A stretch of 64,000 nucleotides of DNA from an uncultured Spirochaetota bacterium (GCA_963845535.1 CAWJSK010000003.1:84936-148935); one strand, 5' to 3'; positions 50,818 through 60,637 are shown, counted from the stretch's first letter. Notes: generated by a model from the letters alone, not told the origin. A program made the numbers and translations.

Positions 50818-51504
50818 TCATTCCTCCATGGCGATGCTTACCACGGATACTTTTCGGCAGCCCGCCTGCATCAAGACTCTGGCGCAGGTATCCGCGGTTG
50901 CCCCCGTGGTGAAAACGTCATCGAAAAGAACCGCTTCCGGCGGCGCCGCCAGCCCGGCGTCGAGGATCCTTCCGCGGAGGTTCTCCCGCCTCTCCCGCAG
51001 GTCAAGCGTTTTTTGCGCCTGGCCGCCTGATCTCTTGAGGAGCCTCAGCACCGGGATCCCGTGGCTTGATTCGAGTCTCCTGGCTATCAGCTCCACTGCG
51101 TCCGCGGCCTTTCGGCCGGGGACCGGGACCACGGGAACACCGGGGTGATCCGAGAGAATGCGCGGGGCAAGGAATCCCGCAAAAAGCGCGGACAACCGAT
51201 ACCTGCGCTCGAACTTGAGGCATGATATGAGATCGCGTACGGCGCCGGAGTAGGAGAAAACCGAACGGTTGCTCGAAAAAGCGAAGTCGGCGTTTCTACA
51301 ACGGATACACGTTCCGCGCTCCGAGACGAGCAACGCGCCGCAGACGTCACATCGCCTTCCCGAAAGCGGGATGAGCGAGCACAGGCAGTCGGCGCACACC
51401 TGCGTCCCCCGCGAGCCGGCTTCAAGCAGCCACCTGCCGCACAGAAGGCATCTGCCAGGGAAAAGGACCTCCAACACGACGGCGAGACGCTCTTTTCCCT
51501 TCAT
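50818..51504 (-). CDS. comF: ComF family protein (double zinc ribbon plus phosphoribosyltransferase)
   Basis: CxxC pairs and DDVFTTGAT. Confidence 0.9.
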   Translation of the reverse strand: MKGKERLAVVLEVLFPGRCLLCGRWLLEAGSRGTQVCADCLCSLIPLSGRRCDVCGALLVSERGTCIRCRNADFAFSSNRSVFSYSGAVRDLISCLKFERRYRLSALFAGFLAPRILSDHPGVPVVPVPGRKAADAVELIARRLESSHGIPVLRLLKRSGGQAQKTLDLRERRENLRGRILDAGLAAPPEAVLFDDVFTTGATADTCARVLMQAGCRKVSVVSIAMEE

Positions 51505-51506
51505 CC

Positions 51507-54083
51507 TCAGCCTTCCCCGTCCAGCTCCTTTTTCCAGCGCGAAATCCGGTTGATTGCGTCCAGCGGGGTCATCGAGTCGAGCAGGATCCCGCGGATCTCC
51601 TCGATGACGATGTCTTTGCGGGAAAAAAGCTCGCCCTGGACTTCCGCCGGCGCTTTGACGGCCCGCGTGTGCGTGGGGACAGTGCCTGTTTCCGCTTCGA
51701 GCATGCTTTCCGCCTGTGCGAGCACTTCAGCGGGCAGCCCGGCGAGCCTGGCCACGTGGATGCCGTAGGAGTTGCTCGACGGTCCCTCCCTCACGCGCTT
51801 GAGGAACACGATCTCTCCGGCTTGATCCCGGACGTCCATGGAGAGGTTCAGGACAGCCGGATGATCGAGGTCCGTCAGCTCGTGGAAATGCGTGGCAAAA
51901 AGCGTGCGCGCCCCCAGGCGCTGCAGGATGTACAGGCACACCGCCCGCGCAATGGCCAGTCCGTCCCGCGTGCTCGTCCCGCGTCCGATCTCGTCCATGA
52001 TGAGGAGGCTTTTTGCGGTTGCCGCGCGGAGGATGTGCGCGGTCTCGTTCATCTCCACGAGGAACGTCGACTCGCCGCGGGCAAGATTGTCCGAAGCCCC
52101 CACCCGGCAGAAAATGCTGTCCACCAGGCCGATCCTCGCGTCAGCGGCGGGAACGAAAGATCCCATCTGCGCCATGAGCGTGATCAGCGCCACCTGGCGC
52201 AGGAACGTGGATTTGCCCGCCATGTTCGGGCCGGTGAGGATGACGCAGGACTTCCCCCCCGCCGGCAGATCCAGGCTGTTGGGCACAAAGCCGCCGCCGG
52301 GCAAATGGGCCTCCACAACCGGATGCCTTCCATCTTTGATGATGAGTGCCGCATCATTGGTCAGGACGGGTTTCGTGTACCCATGGACCGTTGCGGCAAA
52401 GGCAAGGGATTGGAACACGTCAAGATCAGCCGCCGCCTCGCAAAGCTGCAGGAGCCAGGGGACGGCCTCTTTCACATGAGCGCGGACCTGGAGGAAAAGC
52501 GCGCGTTCGATTTCGATGACCCTTTCGGAGGCGTCGTTGATCTCCGACTCCAGGTCGGCAAGCCTCTCCGTCGTGAAGCGTTCCCCGCCCACCAGGGATT
52601 GGCGACGGATGAAGTGGGGAGGGACGTGAGAGAGGTTGGACTTGGTGACCTCGAAATAGTACCCGATGATCCTGTTGTAGCGAAGCTTCAGGGACCCAAT
52701 GCCTGATGCCGCCCTTTCCTCCTCGAGGTACTTTTCCAGGATTCCCCGAGCGTTGTCCTTCAGGGCATGCAGCCGGTCCAGCTCCGCGTCGAAGCCGCGC
52801 CTGATGAGGTTCCCCTCATTCAGGGCGATGGCCGGCTCCTCATAGATCGCCCGCGCAAGCAGGTTGCCGAGGTCTCTCACCTCCGCCTCTCGCGCAAGCA
52901 GCGGGTCAGCAAGTGAATGCTTTTCAGCGTCCCGAAGGAGCGCTCCAATCTGCAGAACGGCTTCCAGGCTCGAAGCGACGGCAAGGAGGTCTTTTGCGTG
53001 CGCCTTTTCCATTGCCACGCGGGCGGTAAGGCGCTCCAGGTCCAGGACCGACCCCAGTACGCCGCGAAGCCGGGAGAGGAGAACCTGGTCGTGATACAGA
53101 GACTCCACGGCGGCAAGCCGCTTCTCGATGGGCTCAAGGTCTTTGAGAGGCGCCAGGATCCATCGCTTCAGCCTGCGGGCGCCCGGAGAAGTCCTGGTCT
53201 GGTCGAGCACGGAGAGCAGGCTGAACTTGCGGCTTCCATCCTGGAGGTTGGCCACGAGCTCCAGGTTGCGCTGGGAAGCCTCGTCCAGCCCGACGTAAGT
53301 CAGATCAGCGTAGACGGTAAGGGAGCTCATGTGGTCCAGCGACCGCTTGGAGGTCTCCTCGAGGTACTCCAGGAGGACGCCCGCCGCCAGAGTTTCCGGG
53401 GATGCCTCCCCCAGCCCGAAGCCCTTGAGGTTGGCAACATGGAGCTGCTTTTCAAGGCGCTTTCGGCACGCCGCCGCGTCAAAGCTCCAGTCAGGAAGCC
53501 GATTGACGAGGAGTCCTTCCCTCTCTCCCAGGAGGTCCCGCAGGACGCTGTCCTCCATCAGCAGCGACTCCTGGGTGATGACTTCCCGGGGCTCCAGCCG
53601 ATGCAGCTCGCGCCTCAGGACCTGCTCGCGGGAGGCAAAGGCAAACGCGGTGGCGGCCAGCTCCCCCGTGGAAACGTCCGCGTAGGCCAGCGACATTGCA
53701 TTCCCTGAGCGCGCTACCGCCACAAGGTAGTTGTTCGATGCTCGAAGCAGGAAACCGTCGTCAAGCACCGTGCCGGGCGTTATGACCTCCACGACCTCCC
53801 GGCTCATGAGCCCTTTTCCCGCGGCGGTGCTCTGTTCACAGATGGCCACTTTCCGTCCCGCAGCGAGGAGCCGTGACACGTAGGACGCTGCCGCGTGAAA
53901 GGGGACACCGCACATGGGGACCCCGGCCCGCTGCGTGAGGGTAAGGTCCAGCAGGGACGAGGCTTCCGCTGCGTCACGATCGAACATTTCGTAGAAGTCC
54001 CCGAGTCGGAAGAACAGGATGGAATCCGCAAACCGCTCCTTGATGGCGCGGTATTGGACCATCATGGGGGTCAACTCGGGCAT
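51507..54083 (-). CDS. mutS: DNA mismatch repair protein MutS
   Basis: FRLGDFYEMF, TGPNMAGKST, DEIGRGT and SYGIHVA. Confidence 0.98.
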   Translation of the reverse strand: MPELTPMMVQYRAIKERFADSILFFRLGDFYEMFDRDAAEASSLLDLTLTQRAGVPMCGVPFHAAASYVSRLLAAGRKVAICEQSTAAGKGLMSREVVEVITPGTVLDDGFLLRASNNYLVAVARSGNAMSLAYADVSTGELAATAFAFASREQVLRRELHRLEPREVITQESLLMEDSVLRDLLGEREGLLVNRLPDWSFDAAACRKRLEKQLHVANLKGFGLGEASPETLAAGVLLEYLEETSKRSLDHMSSLTVYADLTYVGLDEASQRNLELVANLQDGSRKFSLLSVLDQTRTSPGARRLKRWILAPLKDLEPIEKRLAAVESLYHDQVLLSRLRGVLGSVLDLERLTARVAMEKAHAKDLLAVASSLEAVLQIGALLRDAEKHSLADPLLAREAEVRDLGNLLARAIYEEPAIALNEGNLIRRGFDAELDRLHALKDNARGILEKYLEEERAASGIGSLKLRYNRIIGYYFEVTKSNLSHVPPHFIRRQSLVGGERFTTERLADLESEINDASERVIEIERALFLQVRAHVKEAVPWLLQLCEAAADLDVFQSLAFAATVHGYTKPVLTNDAALIIKDGRHPVVEAHLPGGGFVPNSLDLPAGGKSCVILTGPNMAGKSTFLRQVALITLMAQMGSFVPAADARIGLVDSIFCRVGASDNLARGESTFLVEMNETAHILRAATAKSLLIMDEIGRGTSTRDGLAIARAVCLYILQRLGARTLFATHFHELTDLDHPAVLNLSMDVRDQAGEIVFLKRVREGPSSNSYGIHVARLAGLPAEVLAQAESMLEAETGTVPTHTRAVKAPAEVQGELFSRKDIVIEEIRGILLDSMTPLDAINRISRWKKELDGEG

Positions 54084-54088
54084 GCGGT

Positions 54089-54505
54089 CTACCCGTCCGC
54101 GGGACGGTCGAGGTAGTCCCGCAGGATGAGGGAAGCGGCAATCATGTCCACGGCCTCTTTTGCCGTGCGCCGGGTTTTCCCCGCCTCAGCCAGGGCGCTC
54201 TCGGCTTCCCGGCTGGTCCAGGTCTCATCCTGGAACGCGGTGGCAAGCCCCCGTTCCTTCAGCTTTTCCGAGATCCTGCGCGCCCGCGCGCAGCCGGGCC
54301 CTTCGCTGCCGTCCGCTTCGTACGGCATTCCGATGACGACAAGCTCCACGTCGCGTTCAGCGGAGAGGCGGAGGATTTCCTCCGCAAGGGACTTCTCAGA
54401 GACGAACGGGATGGTTGCGAAGGGAGAGCCGAAAGTCCGCCGCGGGTCGCTGAGTGCAAGGCCGACGCGCCTGGTGCCCAGGTCGATCCCGAGGATCCTT
54501 CCCAC
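54089..54505 (-). CDS. ruvX: YqgF/RuvX family nuclease
   Basis: LGIDLGTRRVGLALSD, DETWTS and DMIAASLIL. Confidence 0.93.
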   Translation of the reverse strand: MGRILGIDLGTRRVGLALSDPRRTFGSPFATIPFVSEKSLAEEILRLSAERDVELVVIGMPYEADGSEGPGCARARRISEKLKERGLATAFQDETWTSREAESALAEAGKTRRTAKEAVDMIAASLILRDYLDRPADG

Positions 54506-55053
54506 TACTGCCCTCCGGTGTACGTCTTTCCTGCCCGGTTGAAAAGCTCTTTGATCACCTTGTCGGTGATGTCGATCTCCATGATCCGATACAGGATCCC
54601 GGAGCCGTAGTCACCGTCGCTTCGCAGCACGAGGGCATAGCCGTCCCCTTCCGCCACGTAGTTCACGACGTCCATGATTTCCTTGAGGACCGGACCGCTC
54701 AAGAGCTTGTCCGCCTGCTGCTGCAGGATGGCGAGCTTCACCCGACGGTAGTTGTCCAGGTACGCCTTCCTGTCCGCGATCTTCTTCTCGAGGGTGAGGG
54801 AAAGGTCCTGGTTGCCGGCCTTGTCGGCGTCCAGCTTCTGGCTTTCCAGGTCAGTGATGTCCGCCGTGGTTGCCGTGATTTCCTTCGTATAGTCCTGGCG
54901 CGCGGCGTCATAGTCCCGGTACGCCTTGGATTCCTTGTAGGCCGTGCTGAGGACCCGCGTGAAATCGCAGATCCCCACTTTCGTGACCTGTTGCGCAGCA
55001 ACGGGAAGAGCCAGGATCATTCCTGCGGCAAGAGCCGTCAAGAGCTTTCTCAT
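54505..55053 (-). CDS. skp: OmpH/Skp periplasmic chaperone
   Basis: Signal peptide, KVGICD, coiled coil and DITDKVI. Follows bamA. Confidence 0.88.
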   Translation of the reverse strand: MRKLLTALAAGMILALPVAAQQVTKVGICDFTRVLSTAYKESKAYRDYDAARQDYTKEITATTADITDLESQKLDADKAGNQDLSLTLEKKIADRKAYLDNYRRVKLAILQQQADKLLSGPVLKEIMDVVNYVAEGDGYALVLRSDGDYGSGILYRIMEIDITDKVIKELFNRAGKTYTGGQ

Positions 55054-55092
55054 CGTTGAGAGACCTCCTCACCATCCCAGACCATCGTGCTC

Positions 55093-57678
55093 CTAGAACA
55101 TCGTGCCGCCGCCCAGGGAAATGACGAACTTCAGGCCCCAGCCGCCGAGGCTGAAATCTCCCGGCTGGTAGGTGACGTTCCCGTAGTTGTCGATCTTGAA
55201 CAGCCGCGCCAGGTAGATGCGGATGGGGAACTGCGGGATCACGAAGCGAAGCCCCACGCCGTAGGAGAAGTAGTAGTTGTTCAGGTTCCCGCCAATGACG
55301 CTGACGTCCGGCCAGAGGGCAGCGGCATCGAAAAAGCCCACAAACCAGATGTAGTCCTTCGCAATCGGCATGCGGATCTCCAGCTTGTTGTCCCAGAGAG
55401 CGTCTCCGTACAGTACCCTCCATCCGCGGCCTACGGTCATGCCGTCAATGTACAGGAGGTCGGTGTCGTCGGTGAGCGTGTTCCACCCCCATGATCCGGT
55501 GTACGGGTTGTAGGAGAACTGCGGAAGGATCATGGAGAGCGAGGAATGGGCGGCCAGCACGAACATCAGGCTCCAGCTCTCCGAGACGGGAACGTTCAGC
55601 AATGTTGCAAACCCTTCCAGCGTGGAGTCGGTGCGGATGTAGTCCCTCTGCCCGAAGATGAACCCTCCCGTGTAGGTGAGGGCCTGGCTGGCATAGTAGC
55701 CTCTCGTGGGGTTCCAATAGATGTCCCGGTTGTCGAGGTAGACGCTCGCCGTGATGGAGTCAATGATGTTCCACTTCCCGTTGTTGTCGCGGACGGTCAC
55801 CTCGTAGGGCCTGTACAGCGTCGGGTCATAGCTGATGTAACGCAGGTCGGGATTGTAGCCCCCGGTGAACCCGAGGAAGCCCAGGGGGGTGTGGAACTTG
55901 TAGCCGGTGTTCAACCCCACGATGATGTCGTACGCGTCATAGCGCATCAGGTACTGCGAGGGGATGCTCAGGCCGTTCTCCAGCGCGTTCAGGTAGTCCT
56001 GCCGCGATGTATAGGGGTCCGGCGCCGCGTAGGGCGAGTCCGCGTCACTGAATATCGGCGGAAGCATGTCCATCAACACGTTCTGCTCGTTGGAATGGAC
56101 AAAGGACAGGCTGGTGCCCGCTGACCAGCGCTGACCCAGGAGCCAGGGCTCGGTGAAGTTCAGCGTGATGCTCTGCCTGTCGAAGGTTGCCTCCAGGTCC
56201 ACGCCGACCGTCTCTCCCCTGCCCAGAAAGTCCCGCTCGTTCCATTTGATGACGCCGGAGATGGGGAACTGCCCCAGCTGCTGCGCGCCGGAGAACGTGA
56301 CGCCGAAATTGATGTCCGCGGTGCTGGTCTCTTCCACGTTGAACACCACGTTCATGAGGCCGAATGCCGAGCCCTGGGGGGTCTCCGGCTGCACCGTCTT
56401 GAAATACTGGAGGTTGACGAGGTTGCGGTACCCCTCGATTATCTTGTCCTTGTTGAACACCTCCCCTTCCTCGAAAGGCAGCTCCCGACGCAGGACGTAC
56501 TCTTTGGTCTTCGTGTTGCCCTTGAAGATGATGCTCTCGATGTGAGCCTTGTCCATTTCACCGACGTTGAGGGTGTAGGTGATGGTCCTGGCCGAGGTGT
56601 CCCGGTTCTCCTTGCGCTCGAAGGTGTTGAAGATGTAGCCGTTCTCATAGTAGAGGTCCTGGATCCGTCCGATGTCGGCCTGCAGCTTCTGGAGGCTCAG
56701 GGTCTTTCCTGGCTTCTGGGTGACCAGCTCGAGGAGACGTTTGGTGGAGAATATCTGGTTGCCCTGAATGGTGAGCCCGCCGTACGTCCACTGGTCTCCT
56801 TCCGTCACGTAGACCGTGAGGATGAGGGAGTTCTTTTTGTCCTTCTTGGAGATCTCCTGCGTGACCTGGTCCACTTTCGCGTCAATGAACCCGTGGTCGG
56901 TGTAATAGGCGATGATGGCCGCCTTGTCGTCTTCCAGCTTCGATTCCTGAAAGACACCGGAGTCGAAGAGGGTGGGCGGCTTCGTCTTCATGAGCCCGCG
57001 CAGGGTGCCCTCCGAGGCGAAGTGGTTCCCCGAGAACCGGATCTCCTTGATGGTGGTGGCAAGTCCCTCGTTGACGGTGAAGACCGCGCGGACGGTATTG
57101 TCCTTTTCACTCGCCACGAAGCTCGCCTTCACGTCCGCGTTGGAGTAGCCTTTTTCAAGGTACAGGGAATGGACTGCCTCCACGTCCGCCTGGAGCTTGG
57201 TCTGGTTGGCAAGGTCCCCTTTTTTCAGGAGGATCTTGTCCGTGATATCGCCGGTGCGAATGCCGCTGTTCCCGACGATGTCGATGGCGATAATGGTGGG
57301 CCGTTCCTTCACTTCGAACTGGATGATGACCGCTGATTTCGAGTCATCCGCGGGAAGCGCGGTGGGGACGATCGTCTCGAAGTAGTCCAGCGCATACAGC
57401 TTGCCCTCGATCTCCCAGAGGAGCGGATCCACGCTGAAGGTCCGCCCGACGTATGGCGCCACGATTGGCTTCAGCTCATCCGGCTTGATTGTCACGAGAC
57501 CCGTGAACGTGAAGTCCTTGATGGGCTTGCCGACGTACCATTCCGGGGCGGCCTGGCCCTGGTCCGTTCCCGGTGAGGCCTGTGTCGGCGCCTGCGACGA
57601 TTCCTGTGCGCGGGCAACCGCTGTCAAAGAGATCAGGAGCATCATGGCCGTGGCGGCCGTTTTCGCGCGGTGCCTCAA
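55093..57678 (-). CDS. bamA: Outer membrane protein assembly factor BamA
   Basis: POTRA repeats (GNTKTKEYVLRRE), ERDFLGRG, FTEPW, FFDAA and a C-terminal F. Confidence 0.95.
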   Translation of the reverse strand: MRHRAKTAATAMMLLISLTAVARAQESSQAPTQASPGTDQGQAAPEWYVGKPIKDFTFTGLVTIKPDELKPIVAPYVGRTFSVDPLLWEIEGKLYALDYFETIVPTALPADDSKSAVIIQFEVKERPTIIAIDIVGNSGIRTGDITDKILLKKGDLANQTKLQADVEAVHSLYLEKGYSNADVKASFVASEKDNTVRAVFTVNEGLATTIKEIRFSGNHFASEGTLRGLMKTKPPTLFDSGVFQESKLEDDKAAIIAYYTDHGFIDAKVDQVTQEISKKDKKNSLILTVYVTEGDQWTYGGLTIQGNQIFSTKRLLELVTQKPGKTLSLQKLQADIGRIQDLYYENGYIFNTFERKENRDTSARTITYTLNVGEMDKAHIESIIFKGNTKTKEYVLRRELPFEEGEVFNKDKIIEGYRNLVNLQYFKTVQPETPQGSAFGLMNVVFNVEETSTADINFGVTFSGAQQLGQFPISGVIKWNERDFLGRGETVGVDLEATFDRQSITLNFTEPWLLGQRWSAGTSLSFVHSNEQNVLMDMLPPIFSDADSPYAAPDPYTSRQDYLNALENGLSIPSQYLMRYDAYDIIVGLNTGYKFHTPLGFLGFTGGYNPDLRYISYDPTLYRPYEVTVRDNNGKWNIIDSITASVYLDNRDIYWNPTRGYYASQALTYTGGFIFGQRDYIRTDSTLEGFATLLNVPVSESWSLMFVLAAHSSLSMILPQFSYNPYTGSWGWNTLTDDTDLLYIDGMTVGRGWRVLYGDALWDNKLEIRMPIAKDYIWFVGFFDAAALWPDVSVIGGNLNNYYFSYGVGLRFVIPQFPIRIYLARLFKIDNYGNVTYQPGDFSLGGWGLKFVISLGGGTMF

Positions 57679-57691
57679 CGCGAGTCCCCGA

Positions 57692-58900
57692 CTATTCCTG
57701 GGACCATGAATTGCTGGAGAAACTGCCGCTGGAATCCATGCTCGTTGTGACCCACAGCCCGTTGTCAGTCGTTCCTATCGCAACAAGACTGTTCGTAAAG
57801 TCGACGAGAATCCTCCGCACGGCGGAATAATAGAGACTGTACGAAGTGCCATCGAATCTCGACAGAGAGCTCGAGCTGGGCACGAGGGAATAGAAACCGA
57901 AGGCTCCTCCCGCCCCCGAATCTGCGCCCAGGAGGTAGGTAGTATGGCCCGAGTCGACTGGTCCTGCCACACAAAGGAATCCCACGTTGTATCCGTTGGC
58001 CTGTTTCGAGAGGTGGGTCCAGCTACTGCCGCCGTTTGTCGAGAAGTACAGATTGCCTGTCTGTGGGCTCACCCCCGTGTTCGACGCCGGGACAACAATG
58101 ATGGTGCCGCTGGTGTAAGAGTTGTCTATGAAGACTCCTTGGAGAACGTCGTTGCTCGAAGACTGGCCATCGCTCGCTGAAATGGCGCCGCCGTTCAGCG
58201 TCCAAACGGACGGGCTCGAGCCGATCGGGCTTGATCCGGATGCCGCGTAAAGATTCGGCCCGGATGTTATGAAATATGTCGAGCCCAGGAATCCGACTCC
58301 GGTAATCGACTTTGAAAGCGATGAGATCAAGGTGTGCCAAGAGCTTGAACCGCTGGGGAGCACGTCCAGCGCGTACATATAGCTTCCGCCGGACAACGTC
58401 GCAGTAACTGCGAAGAGGTCCCCGTTTATGGCGGCCAGGTGGGTGATTTGCTTTCCGGCTATCAAGCTGTCCGTCACCGCAGAAGAGGAGGAAAAATCGC
58501 TTCCTGCCGCCGCGGGATACAGGCCAAAGGTCGACCCATCAGAAGAATAGAATCCGCCCCACAGCTTCTTGTTGACGCTGTCGTACGCGAGGGTGTTACA
58601 GAGCATGTCACTGCCGGATGTCTTGGGCACCCCGATGGCCGACCACGTGGTCGATCCGCTGGATGGTTTTGAGCCGTTGTACACTTTCCCGGCAGCAACG
58701 TAATAGGGATACAAGGGGTTGTCAGTCCCTTCAGTCGCGATGTCGGAAACCGTGATGTCGGTTGGTATGGTCGAGCTCGTGCTGGTCTTGGTGGCTTTTT
58801 GAATGCTCGTGTAGATCATGCCGCCGTTCTCGGTGCACGAGAAGCAGACCGCAGCGCCGACGGCTGCGACAAGACATCGATAGAAGGTTTTCATCCACAT
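57692..58900 (-). CDS. Ser-rich lipoprotein, probable beta-propeller
   Basis: Lipobox-like CFSC, an Asp-box-like STNGGSSW and GTTDNGLW. Confidence 0.7.
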   Translation of the reverse strand: MWMKTFYRCLVAAVGAAVCFSCTENGGMIYTSIQKATKTSTSSTIPTDITVSDIATEGTDNPLYPYYVAAGKVYNGSKPSSGSTTWSAIGVPKTSGSDMLCNTLAYDSVNKKLWGGFYSSDGSTFGLYPAAAGSDFSSSSAVTDSLIAGKQITHLAAINGDLFAVTATLSGGSYMYALDVLPSGSSSWHTLISSLSKSITGVGFLGSTYFITSGPNLYAASGSSPIGSSPSVWTLNGGAISASDGQSSSNDVLQGVFIDNSYTSGTIIVVPASNTGVSPQTGNLYFSTNGGSSWTHLSKQANGYNVGFLCVAGPVDSGHTTYLLGADSGAGGAFGFYSLVPSSSSLSRFDGTSYSLYYSAVRRILVDFTNSLVAIGTTDNGLWVTTSMDSSGSFSSNSWSQE

Positions 58901-58915
58901 GCCTCCTGAAATGTT

Positions 58916-59527
58916 TCAATAGTGATAGAGAGCACTGAGAGAGATCTCCAGGAAGTTTCCAACGGTGAGCCCACCCTCCAGTGTTTCTTTGACAAACTGC
59001 ATGTCCCACCAGTAGTTCAGGTTCAGCCCGAAAGACCAGGATGAATTGTAAGCATAGAAAATCCCGGTCCCCGGCTTCAGGAGCAAGTCTATCGTCGAGT
59101 CGGCGCTATATTTCAGGATATTCATGCCGGCGCCGAAAGTCACAGGAACCTCAAACGGGTAGAACTCGAAGAGGTAGGAGACTTTCGCAATGATGGGCAC
59201 CATCAGAAGGGCAGTGAAGTTCGGATCGAAGGCGAAAGCTCCGCCCAGGGACGCTCCTATGCGCCAGTGAGCCGAAAGATACGCCCCCCAGTCAATGCTC
59301 CCCATGCCGCCAACAGAAAGGTTCAAGCTTCCGACATTCGGGTTACCGCCAAGAAGGAAAAGCGGTACCAATGGTCCCACATTGAGGGAGAGAGTCTGGT
59401 CCCCCAGGGAATACTGAGAAGGCGCAGAGTCACCGGCGGCAAAAGCCGGCGTGAAAACGCAGAGGGCAAATATGAGAAAGAAACAAGTCTTGAGAACGCG
59501 TTTCTCCCCCGTTCCGAGGCGCATCAT
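58916..59527 (-). CDS. Small outer-membrane beta-barrel (TP0733/OmpW-like)
   Basis: Signal peptide, GDQTLSLNVG..PLF, YPFEVP and a terminal SLSALYHY. Confidence 0.75.
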   Translation of the reverse strand: MMRLGTGEKRVLKTCFFLIFALCVFTPAFAAGDSAPSQYSLGDQTLSLNVGPLVPLFLLGGNPNVGSLNLSVGGMGSIDWGAYLSAHWRIGASLGGAFAFDPNFTALLMVPIIAKVSYLFEFYPFEVPVTFGAGMNILKYSADSTIDLLLKPGTGIFYAYNSSWSFGLNLNYWWDMQFVKETLEGGLTVGNFLEISLSALYHY

Positions 59528-59540
59528 AAGGTTCCTCCCA

Positions 59541-60254
59541 TCACGGGAATGTGGATATCTGGACGTATCCGATATAGACCGAGGCAGAATACTCTACGTT
59601 CGACGTTCCTTCCTCGTAGCCGTAGGAAAGTGCATACAACGCGACATATGCATAGTCTTGGCTTGATGCGGCCGACCAGATCGACTCCACGTCGCTGTCA
59701 GTGCTTGCGTAGTCGTTGGATATGGCGGAATTGCATGCGAACGCCTTGCTGGTGATCGAGGTTGTACTGTATGAGGCGTCCCTGCCGATATTTTTGGTCA
59801 CCGAGTTGCCCGTGACCGAGTCCGTGTAGCTGTACGATGAGGTACCTGTTGTGCTGATCGTTAGCGTCACCGTGAAAGAGTTCGGCCTGTCTGCCGAGGG
59901 GATGGCAAGAGTGGGAGTCGTCCGTTGCGAGGGCGGAGAGTCGGTGGACAAGCATACTGGCAGAAAGCCATTCGAGGTGAGGGTGCTCGGGCCGGCTGTT
60001 CCGCCTCCCCCAAGATTGACATCAGAGGATCCAGGGGTCGAGCTGAGAAACTTGCAATACACGTCGAAACCAACAAACTCGGTATCGGAGCTACTTGAGT
60101 ATCCAGGACTCTCGAATGTGGCGGTCGAGCCGCCAGTAGCAAGCGTCTGCTGCTCAGGCGGCGCGAGGTAGTACGAGCTGGGCAGCCCGCAGTTCGTCCC
60201 CAGTATCATTGCAGCCACCGCATAGTGGATCTTTACGAAACGCAGGCTTATCAT
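59541..60254 (-). CDS. Ser/Thr-rich lipoprotein, paralog of 5166..5882
   Basis: Signal ending TNC-GLP. Start at ATG 60254, downstream of the sigma54 promoter. Confidence 0.7.
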   Translation of the reverse strand: MISLRFVKIHYAVAAMILGTNCGLPSSYYLAPPEQQTLATGGSTATFESPGYSSSSDTEFVGFDVYCKFLSSTPGSSDVNLGGGGTAGPSTLTSNGFLPVCLSTDSPPSQRTTPTLAIPSADRPNSFTVTLTISTTGTSSYSYTDSVTGNSVTKNIGRDASYSTTSITSKAFACNSAISNDYASTDSDVESIWSAASSQDYAYVALYALSYGYEEGTSNVEYSASVYIGYVQISTFP

Positions 60255-60279
60255 CGGTGCTTCCCAACCGATTGCGTTT

Positions 60280-60296
60280 TGCAAGATCCATGCCAA
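60280..60296 (-). promoter_or_regulatory. sigma-54 (-24/-12) promoter
   Basis: TTGGCATGGATCTTGCA matches YTGGCACG-N4-TTGCW, with exact GG-N10-GC spacing. Confidence 0.7.
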
Positions 60297-60373
60297 GATG
60301 CAGCCAAGACGAGAAGGGCAATTTTTCGGCTGATTTGAAGAGTTACGGCCTACTTCCGAAAAGCGGGCGAGCA

Positions 60374-60392
60374 AGAATTGCCCCGCAATTCT
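60374..60392. promoter_or_regulatory. Candidate upstream activator (enhancer) palindrome
   Basis: AGAATTGC-CCC-GCAATTCT, centred about 100 bp upstream of the -12 element. Confidence 0.45.
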
Positions 60393-60566
60393 GCCTCACC
60401 GCGAATAACCTGCGCAGTCAGAGACGCGCCCTCCAAGTTTCAGTTCTCGTGCCGAATCGAAGTCGCCATGGATCCCAAGGAGTACAAGAAACGCCTTCAC
60501 AACTCGGATGAGGGGGATAGGCACGATGGGCTCGAAAGCGAAAGGTCTATTGTTTCAAAATTCCTC

Positions 60567-60596
60567 TTGACAAAGCTCAGATCTAGACGCTAACTT
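60567..60596 (+). promoter_or_regulatory. sigma70 promoter for the sugar operon
   Basis: TTGACA-N18-TAACTT. Confidence 0.5.
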
Positions 60597-60601
60597 GAGG
60601 A

Positions 60602-60637
60602 TTACTTCACCCATTGAATTGATTCATCAATTCAATG
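60602..60637. promoter_or_regulatory. Palindromic operator candidate for the ROK repressor
   Basis: Perfect CATTGAATTGAT-TC-ATCAATTCAATG (60612-60637), overlapping an imperfect TTACTTCA-N5-TGAATTGA. Confidence 0.55.
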
